Assembly: GCA_013115125.1 (NCBI GenBank)
Contig: JABANN010000160.1
Location: 1 to 58,969 of the forward strand
DNA from: Perkinsus olseni
Taxonomy: Eukaryota
Length of the DNA stretch: 58,969 nucleotides
Direction of reading: 5' to 3'
Shown here: positions 50,196 through 58,969 of the stretch, in pieces
Numbering within the stretch: the first letter of the stretch is position 1
How the letters are laid out: the number at the start of each line of letters is the position of its first letter
Position numbers and translations under genes: made by a program
Notes under the pieces: model-generated
What the model saw: only the letters and a program-made list of their open reading frames with translations
Database searches by the model: none
What the model was told of the DNA's origin: nothing

Positions 50196-51449
50196 ATGCC
50201 ACGGCAAATCGAGCTGGCGCCTGGTTGCCGGATTTCTTACGAGACCCAACTCGAGCGGAGCTCAGCGCAAGGAGACGCAAGCGATCCTGATGCGACTTAT
50301 GAGACAGTATGGATCGGAGCGACCAGAGCTCTGTGTTGGATGATATGCGAATGCCCAGAGATGAGGTGGGCCATCGTTGCAGAGCGCTGACTATCGAATA
50401 CGTCGTTCGCTGTGCAAGGGAACTGTTTTGCCCCGGAAATAGTCTGGTCGTCGCTCGAGCAGTGAGCCTGCGATGGAAACGCGTGATGAGACGAGAGCAA
50501 TCGAAAGGAAGTACGGTCACGCAGTTTCAGTTGTTCTCGCATGTAGGATACAATTGCGAAGCGCTTGTAATAAGAGCGCCGCCCGGGAATCGAACCCGGA
50601 TCATCCGTTTGGCAGACAGATGTCGTAACCTTTAGACTAGCGGCGCGGGTGGAAACTTGTGATGAATCTCAGCCACTCTATGATTCGCTCAGGAACTCGA
50701 ACGTTCTAGAGTTGGGTTGTGGTCAAGGACTTGCGGGCATGTTCTGCGTTGAACATGCGGGAGCGTCTCGAGCAGTGAGCATTGGGATCTGACTTGGCCG
50801 TTGCGTCCTCAAAAGATCGCATTGCAGGTGCTCACCGACGTGTCGGAAACTGCTTTGGCGATGGTTGAAGTGAATGCCAAGCTGAATGATATAGGTGACC
50901 GTGTGACGACCGCGGTACTTGATGTGTCACGAACACTGAATGGGAGCGAGAGGTAGACGTCATAAACGACCATTTATCTATCATCTATCTGAGATGACCC
51001 TGCTGGTCCCGCAGAGCCCGTATCGCCTTCGAATTCATCGTGCTCCATGCAGGTACGACTTCGTTGTTGCGAGCGATATGCTATTTTCCAGCAAGATAGC
51101 TCGGGAGGTATTTGCTGCTTGTCGGCACCTCATCAAGCCGGGAGGGACGATACTGTTAGGCCACGAGAAACGGTGAGCCGCAATTCACTGGCCTTGAGAA
51201 CAGCTGGGCGAGTCGCCTTCCTGCGAATTGGACGTTCCGAAAAAAACTTCTCTTCTAGTACCCCAAGCGGTTCTCTACAGGTATTCAGTTTACCGAGATG
51301 CGGAAACCGGGGAGATCAGGCAAGAAAGTGTGGACCAACCGCTTCAGGTGTTCCTCGGCCTGTCGCAGGAAGAGAATTGGTCGGTCCAAGAGGTGTCACC
51401 CTTCCCAAATGAGCCTAATCTTCTAGCTACAAGAATAAAATGTATTTGA
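50196..51449 (+). CDS. SAM-dependent protein lysine methyltransferase (Methyltransf_16/METTL21-like), multi-exon
   Basis: TYETVWIGATRAL, NVLELGCGQGLAG (motif I), VLTD (post-I), VEVNAKLN, YDFVVASDMLF (motif II), HLIKPGG. Confidence 0.88.
50575..50646 (-). tRNA. tRNA-Gly(GCC)
   Basis: Cloverleaf: GCGCCGC/GCGGCGC acceptor, TCTGT-CTGCCAA-ACGGA anticodon arm, CCGGG-TTCGATT-CCCGG T arm; 72 nt. Confidence 0.93.
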
Positions 51450-52099
51450 TGCGCTTTTATTGTTTCCCACCGGGTCAGCGATATATAAGCTTGTGTTCGA
51501 TCAAAGTGAAGCGGCAATGGCAGTGTTGACTGAATGAAAGAGTATGTCGACTCGTCCCGGGTACGTATCGCTGCATGTGATGGCGCATTGCGGAGGCTCC
51601 CGGTCGATACTTGACAATAGTTGATGATGTGTGCATGAGCATAAACAACTTGCCATCCACTATAGAAACACAACAAGAATAACCATGAGAGCGACCTGCT
51701 GTGGCCAAGGTAAAGAGGTGACCTCGTATTCGATACGATAGTAAGCATCGGTTGATACCAAACGATCATAACGGATCGTAACGGTTCTAACGGTGGACGA
51801 ACCGATCCTCTCTGAGAGATGGTGTTAAAAAGTATCACGGAAAAATCTCCGAGCTTCGTCACCTCTGATGGCTATTATCGGTAAGAAGGGGCCCTTGAGC
51901 TGGCCAAAAATTATTCCCAACCGCTAAGTCCGAATGACTCTTCAAAAATCCTGTGAGGTCGCAGCTTGAGGACTGTCAATGGTCCTAGCTGGAGTAAAAG
52001 AGAAACTCTCCAAGACTTGAAGGTCGCTTGAAGCGTTCAGCAAGGGAAGCCTCACTTCTGTGGGCAAACCGAAATCGAAGCTGTCTAATCATGATTGTG

Positions 52100-54158
52100 C
52101 AGCTTTCTAGGACCCGAAAGCCGTCGGATCCTCGCTTCGACGGCCTCGAGAAGTTGCTTGGCAGCCTTCAGTTGTCCTTCGTAGTTACTTGGTTTCCCTT
52201 CCTCGCGCACGAGTGCCATGTACCTGCAGGATGGCGACTGGACACTCCTTCCTCAGTGCCAAGGTACGCGTTATGGATCGGAACCATTGATGAGGGGATG
52301 CTGCTCATCTTCCTGACTTCGTGAAGCCTCTCCTTCTCGGTAGCCTACAACCGTGCTATCAGTCTGCACTATCTTCCCTATTCTCACCTCTACACCGGTA
52401 CCCGGCTTCGGATGACGAGGGAAGAATTTACGGAGAACATCCTCAGCGGCAAGTTCGGACCTGACCTCAAGAGGTCGCGAGAAGCCACTGTACGGAGCAA
52501 TACCCAAGCATGCGATCACCGAGCAAGCTCAGCTTCCTCCCTCCCCTGTTGCCCATAAACTCATCGGTCAAATCGCCGGTCCAGGTCGTGTCTCCGTATT
52601 GTGTCACGTTGCTAGAAAAGCTAGTCATCAATCGTGGCACTTGTCGTGTAGCGTAGCGAACCTCAATGTTTTGTTTCTAACTCTTTCATACTGCATCTGC
52701 AGAGTTTCCGAGCCGTCTCCTTGCGCGTCCTCATCCTCCATCCAGTTCACAGAGAAAAGATCCCCAAGGCAAGTACCCATCCACCTGTTGCCAACCATAT
52801 CACTCTGAAAACCATGACTTGCAAAGTGCAAAGATTCGCTCTCCACCGACCATGGGATTGAGACTTCCGCAATACGTCGCATAGCTGTTCTCATAAGGGC
52901 GTGAAGCAGTAACGTAGTATCTACCAAATTGGCTGGCGAAGGCGGCGAAACGCTGTAGAGACCCTCAGCAAAGAATTGCGCGTGAGTCTTCTCACTGATT
53001 CGGTATTGGTTCCAGCCCATCAAACATGCTGCCCGAATCACACGCTTCCACGTAGAATACAAGTTTCTTGTACCTGCCCGAAGCAGCTACGAAACGATTC
53101 GGTGACACTGAAAATTCACATTTTCTTGTCGGCCATAGTCTCCAGCCAGGATCGCAGTTCCCTCTTGTATATGAACTCACGAGGTAGTTCAAGGTGGTTC
53201 TCTAAGGACCATCGCAGTGCCGCGCACAGAGCGGCATCACCGAGCGACCTACCCCCGCCATGATCCACCAAGTAAATGAAGACGTAGTCGTTATCTGTAC
53301 TGTTCAGTACTTTCCTCCCGAAGGGCCCAGCGTCCCCGGTCAGGACCTGAAGAGAAGTAACGTACCTGGCGCCTCGCGTGGAAGCGGTTTCGGAAGCGAT
53401 TAGAGAGTGTATGAGCTTCAAGTCCGGCGTCAAAAACCGGCTTAATCAGGCTAGCACCGATGTATCTTGTTTCAAGAGGCATGTTTGTTGAGCACTGAGA
53501 GTAGCGCTCAGGTAGAGGGTAGGGCAAACTCAGGTACTTTCTTTCCTCCCGGCAAGCGGCTGTATATTCCGACCACCAACACAAGCTCTTCCCACGAGCT
53601 TGTGACGACGTTCACCGTGCGTGTTCTTCGCTGGGGGGCCTTACTCGCTTAACATTATCCTTCGACGCTTGGCGGCCCGGATAATCCACCTTGCAGCCCT
53701 GGTAGACGTCCACGCCCGGGGCAGTGCCTGGACCGAGTACTAGTTGTAGCTGAGCTAGAAAGTCCCACCCGTGGGCTTATTGAACAGCTTGCCCCTATAT
53801 GGATTCCTCCAGCTGTTGACAACGTCGTTGTACCTGTGTGCGAGACTTAGTCGTTGGTGGCAATCTGCGGAGCTCTCTCTCACGATAAGGTTATGATTTG
53901 GTCTTCCGGTATACCGTTGCGCTTGAGGATTTGATAAGCGTGGCATAAGCCGGCCTGATGGCGATAATTATCATAACCTCTTGACCCGGCGATAAGGACC
54001 TGAGCGAGGATTCGAACCCGGGACCGTCTGCCCACGCCCTAGGGGGAAGTGAAGGTCCGCACGGATCGACCTACAGCCCAATGGCGCGCTTTTGAGTTCT
54101 CTCCCCCGTAAGCCAGAGCCGCGGTAATGAGTCCAACCAAGACGGCGAGAGGGTTCAT
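52100..54158 (-). CDS. LGMN: Legumain / asparaginyl endopeptidase (peptidase C13), multi-exon, 3' end approximate
   Basis: Signal peptide [55 protein letters not shown]; catalytic VFIYLVDHG and [37 protein letters not shown]. Confidence 0.92.
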
Positions 54159-55086
54159 GAGCGTCAATCGGATGGGCTTGAAATCTACGAAAAGCACCAC
54201 TGCGAACATACTCACACGCCCCCAATGATCCACTAGTCACCTCGAGACTCTTGAGTCGAGAGTCGTGTCTCATGCACCACGTCGCGGCGAAGATCGGGCA
54301 TGTCTCGGGCGAGTGCGTTCACGGCGTCACAGCGTCACGCTGATACACCCCGCCGAAGCGTATCAGAACTTCTCCGTAGATCTCGCAGATGCTTCCGTGT
54401 CCCCTATGCACTCAGTACTGCAACTGATGGATATAGTGCTGGTCACAGTCGCTTGGGTCTTGGCGTTAGGGCGTGTCAAGCTCGCAGGCCGGTTGAGAGG
54501 GTGAACTAGGTGCCCACAGGCGTGACAGTTTGCTCTCAAGAAGAGCAGGGTCTAATCTCGTCCAGGCAAGAAGTGCTGACTCTGTCCATGAGGGATTCTC
54601 ACAGCGATGTTTTTCTTTATGAAGTCAGTGCAACTGCTAGGCCGGAATGCTCTCCTGGGCGAGAAACAGCATCAATGTGGCGCTGAGTGTGGAAAAGGGA
54701 CCACTTGTCTTGACCAAGTGGCCCGTGAACAAACCGCCCCTGAGTGTCCGGCTCATCTGAAAGGTCCTAAGCAATAAGTGCCACTTTAGAAAATCCGTCC
54801 CTAAGTGTCAGTGTTAGTGGCAGTTTCTTGGGAGTAATGTGAAATAGGCCCCACATGAGCGAATAAGGAAGGCAGTTTAGCAGCGTGTCCCGAACAAACA
54901 ATCCTATTGCGCGTATGAGTGCATCAATTGATGGTTAGGCAGAACAGCTTCGCCGATGAGAAAGTCATCTGGTAGGAGTCGTCTGCAGCGACGCGAGTGA
55001 ACCTTCAGGCTGTGTCTCGCTCCTCAGCGTGAATCGTGCGACTATGTGTAACCGTATGACAGGACTCAACACAAGACGTCATCATA

Positions 55087-55766
55087 GTGCAATTGTACGG
55101 CACTCTTCTCGCAGCGCATGGAATGATTGTGATGAAGAAGCAGCGGCAGTCTCCAACCGGGGCTTGCCTCCGAGGCCCCATGCGTACTCCGGAAGGTGGC
55201 GGAAGGCCTCGGCTACATCGACTGTCCGAGCCACGGGAAGATCATTTCGATTTCCTTTCCATTCTGAGCCCCGAGGAACGGCTAGAGGATATGGCCCCGC
55301 CAGGGGTATTGGTTCTGTCGAATTGGAGGCAAGCTGAAATACCAGTAGTTTCCAGCCATCTCTCTGGCTGGCGAGTTGGACATGATAAGCGGCTCGTAAT
55401 ATTCTTCGCGGCCCTCGTACGGGCCTCCGTCGGGCCTCCAAGACGCTCCCTCAAGTGAGGCAGTTTTGGGAGATTAGGTGGAGCGTGAGCTTCTTCTACG
55501 GGATGTTGCGAAGACTGATACCTGCGGCGGAAGTCGATGGCTCCATACCACGAGCCCAGCGAGGGCTGCGTCACCAATCTAAACTTCACGAGCATTCACA
55601 CATGATTAATACTCCAACCGTGTATAGATGGAGAACAGTGGACTGGGCCGGTGAAAGTGGTCCGCTGTTACCTGCGAAGCTCGGATCGGAGCTGTCTGAT
55701 CTCATTGTGATGACTCCTAAGGATTTCCTTAAGTACCTAAGCCAACAGTCCCATCGAGAAGGTTAA
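55087..55766 (+). CDS. Hypothetical protein, likely spliced
   Basis: Two abutting coding-like ORFs with a probable short intron near 55455. No family recognised. Confidence 0.35.
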
Positions 55767-55931
55767 TAGGCACGAAGTCGCGCCGCCACAAATAAGAAAA
55801 CTCAGCGATTGCTCTGACCTGGATGTCTGCGTCTTGTCTGTTGATCCTTGGGTGTTGGTTCTTATTCTGGCCCCGCTGTGTGGCTGCAGCTACCGATATT
55901 GGGCGTCCGAACCTTGCAGGTGGAAAGGCTA

Positions 55932-56013
55932 TGAGTGCTGTGGGTGTCGAACCCACGCGGAAGGTGTCCAGTGGATCTTAAGTCCACCCCCTTAACCACT
56001 CGGGCAAACACTC
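55932..56013 (-). tRNA. tRNA-Leu(TAA)
   Basis: GAGTGTT/AGCACTC acceptor, AGTGGTTAA D loop, GTGGA-CTTAAGA-TCCAC anticodon arm, long variable arm, GTGGG-TTCGACA-CCCAC T arm; 82 nt. Confidence 0.93.
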
Positions 56014-56069
56014 ACATACAAAGACTACGTAGAATTCCTGACCTGTCAATAACTATATCATCTTTGTTG

Positions 56070-57150
56070 ATTGGGTGCGCTTGGAGCTCCACCTCGCTCG
56101 GAGCTTTCAGGGTCACTTCTTTTTCTCTACTTCTACTTTCTATTATTCTGTGGGACTTCCGCACCTGAAACCAGACACAGCTAGACTCTAGCTGCTAGAG
56201 TAATTAACCAAGGGCTGAATGCTCTAACAGCATTGAACCATATGCTGTAGTCACGTCGCGTGCTGTGATCGAGACACGCTGCGATAGCGAGGAGAGGAGA
56301 TACCTGCTCGGCCAATTTCTCAGCTTCTCCTCTAGCTTCCTCGAGCTGCTTTTTGAGAGAACTGGAGTGCCTGAGGGTCCCAGCGATCACCACTGAAAAT
56401 TGTGCTGTCTTACGATCTCTCAGCTGCCAATGCCCTCTCAAGTCGAGCTAACTTGGCCTTGTACTCGAGCTCTCGGGCGTGATAATCTAGAGACTGCAGC
56501 GAACCGCAGCCCATTTCCCCCGGGCGCTCTACAACGACTGAAAGGTCCCCTCCTCCAGTCCCTGTTGGTTCAGTAGAGAATATCGATCTCAGCTTCACCT
56601 CAGTCGGCACGCCTGGGAGACCTACTCCGCTTGAGTCGCCTTTCGAGGCAGGCTATCCGCTCTCGCAATCTCTCCACTTCACCGCGGTATCGATCATTAC
56701 GACGCATGAGGGCATATCGATCTTCAGTTAATCTCTGAAACTTTCGCATACCAATAAGGGCTTCGAGGCTAAACGACCTTCGTGCTCGGCAGGAGGGCGC
56801 GATGTGCTCTTCGCATACGCTTCAACTCTCACTAAGTGAGACTCACTTTGACCTCCTCCCGCAGGCTCTCAGCTAATGTAAGGCGCCTCGGTGACGATCT
56901 CTTCGTCTGAACTCCGCAAGAAACACGCACGGGAACCGCCGTGACGCTGAAACCAGTCGAAGAGAAGCTGAAATTAATCTTCGATCATCGGTGATCTCTG
57001 GAAGGGTAGAGTTTTTTACAGAGTCTCTGCTGGGGACCCTGGGATCCTTTCTATGTATTCACGAAGTGTCTCGTGTAATGTGTGCTCGACCATGTTTTCA
57101 GCCACAGAATCCACACCTTCTACGACCTGAATGATGATTGGTGAGCGAAC
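56070..57150 (-). CDS. Hypothetical coiled-coil protein, multi-exon
   Basis: Exon pieces VAENMVEHTLHETLREYIERI, DYHARELEYKAKLARLERALAAERS and SLKKQLEEARGEAEKLAEQ. Confidence 0.5.
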
Positions 57151-57352
57151 CCAAGTTCCATCGCAGGGCGACGGAAGTCTCAGGTCTGAACGACGTAAAA
57201 CCAAGACTCCTAATGAGCTAGACCACACGTATACGAATGATACGGCTCTCTCGGCGCCTCACTTTTTCGTGTGGAGCCTCAGCGGGGTACAATGGCTCTT
57301 CGACGGACATATGTAATGTGTATGTAGCCATTAACGGCCCGTTAATAACGGG
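56179..57352. repeat. Three 22-nt scars (56179-56200 agctagag; 56827-56848 tctcactt; 57331-57352 ttaacggg)
   Basis: agctaga+ctctagct+gctagag; tctcact+aagtgaga+ctcactt; ttaacgg+cccgttaa+taacggg. Confidence 0.85.
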
Positions 57353-57669
57353 TACAACACCTGGACACGGGTATCGCAAGCGTGCTTACTCAGTCAGGCC
57401 GTTTTTCTCGGTTGCCCGTTCTCCCTCAAACTGTGGCACAGCTTGTCAGGCAAAGCAAACACTCTCTCCGTCTTCCACAGTCGAAGATCCGCACATGCAC
57501 ACTTGCATACTGCCGACAGACCCGAACAGACACTCGTTGGTATTCCAAACTCAGGGACTCCTGACTCCAAAATTAGAAACACCTGGCGTAGCCTCTACAC
57601 TGGTCAGGATTTTCATCGATTTCTGCGCTCAAAACAATACCACCGCCCGGTTGAAGAATGCGGTGCCGT

Positions 57670-57759
57670 CCCGCGCCCTGTAAACTGTTAACTCAGTTAA
57701 CAGGGCGCGGGTCGGGACAGGGCGGTTTACAGGGCGGGGGGGGGCAGTTAACTTAACTG
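57670..57759. repeat. Double-hairpin scar, 8-mer gttaactg, with patchwork templated filler
   Basis: gttaact-c-agttaac (centre 57694) and cagttaa-c-ttaactg (centre 57752). The filler between them consists of inverted copies of the left flank. Confidence 0.8.
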
Positions 57760-58969
57760 TAGAGCAACTGCAACGAAAGAATGCGCAACAACTAGCTAGC
57801 TAGACGCTAGGGAGCTCGGGCCCCGAAGTTCGGGTAGGCTACTCTAGCGCAGTATCTCTAGACCTATGGCTTAGCAAATAGCGTGCTAGCTGTACGAGAC
57901 GGGCATTTAGCGACGCATCATCATAGCTAGCCGGTTGCTTACGCGCGCGCCTCGGAGAAGTGTTCGCCCTGTCGCGTGCTGCACGCGTAGCTTTCAAGTG
58001 CAAAGGCGCATATCAGAGTATGATAGAGAGTGCGATGATAGTTGTGAATCAATCGAGGCTTGGGATTGGGAGAAAATTCCTGATTCGGGATCTCATCGTC
58101 ACGCTGTGAGTGTCAAGCACTGCTCGACATGCCACACATCCATCTTGGGATACCCAGTAAGCTGACCTTCCCTTGCCCTATGAGTGAGTCCTATGGGTCG
58201 GCGACACTGTTCGCATGAGCCTCTTGTTAAATACTCTGTGGAAGCACTATGGAACGGTTGGAACCCGTGGATCCTCGGATAAGGACGCGGCCCCGTCAAG
58301 TGTGCAAGAACAACTTGTTCTGTACAATTGAATGTCATCGAGGAGGACATGATTCCACCTAAGGGCACTGATCCAGCCGATTCAGTAGCGCAAATGGCTT
58401 ATATAAAACGTAAAGGCAGGAGAGCGAGTTAATGATTTTCAAAGGATAATCACGGAATCAATCAGTGAAATAAGTAAGCGATGTTGTCTCATCAGCAGAC
58501 TGCCTTGCCCAACATTCTGTGACAGTCTCAACTTGTTGTGAGCGAGCTAGAGCAAACGGAGTCGCGTAAATGCTGACGCTGAGACGCGCCCGTCGCGCTC
58601 GCCATAACTCTGTAAAGTTCGATCCGAGCAGGGCGATGATGCTGCGAACAATCTGTCTGGTTGCACTGGATGTCAACGCTACAGAAAGTCTCCAACGGAG
58701 CACGTCCAACTAAGCCGAAACAATTTATAGTTGGACGATAAACTCACACACACGCTGCCAGACATTGGCTAAACTCACAAAGCGTTATCATTAAAACAAG
58801 CCCATTTGTGGCTGTCACAATGCGACTGTTTTCCTGTTTACTTCGTTGGGGGACGCTCCCAGTGCAGTGCTGCTGCATCAATACCGTAGTGTGACTGTGT
58901 ACCACACCGTCTGTCTCTAAGTCCCTGAGTATCGATTATCGCGGCTAGCGCGGCACAACCGTTTCATGT

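Noticed and set aside
51720-51814. hAT-like end (CAGAGAGG plus TAACGG repeats); also the CTAGC-rich block at 57760-57940
   Set aside because: Suggestive subterminal repeats only, with no matching partner TIR or 8-bp duplication.
1-58969. Perkinsid/dinoflagellate spliced-leader sequence or relics
   Set aside because: No match to CCGTAGCCAT(C/T)(T)TGGCTCAAG was seen on either strand by eye.

Overview
Eukaryotic genomic DNA with many short GT-AG introns and mixed GC content. The gene content and intron style suggest a Perkinsus-like alveolate, but this is inferred and not proven. Recognisable genes: UT/SLC14-type urea transporter (8.7-12.3 kb), DEAD-box RNA helicase (15.3-20.5 kb), phosphopantothenate-cysteine ligase (20.8-22.5 kb), intronless EEF1A lysine methyltransferase 1 (25.9-26.4 kb), DIS3L2-like RNB exoribonuclease with a possible mitochondrial presequence (34.8-40.0 kb), Urb2/Npa2-like protein (to 49.9 kb), a Methyltransf_16 enzyme with an antisense tRNA-Gly(GCC) in an intron, legumain on the minus strand, and tRNA-Leu(TAA). 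Several lineage-specific hypothetical genes and DNA-transposon relics are also present. The main unexplained signal is a stereotyped 22-nt structure, N1-7 + revcomp(N1-8) + N2-8, whose sequence differs at every site. I found 15 perfect and several near-perfect copies by eye. Four longer double-hairpin versions each share one 8-mer between their two halves. This geometry fits excision of hairpin-forming transposons with 8-bp target duplications (hAT-type), followed by hairpin opening and microhomology-mediated joining. Exon boundaries were read by eye and are approximate.
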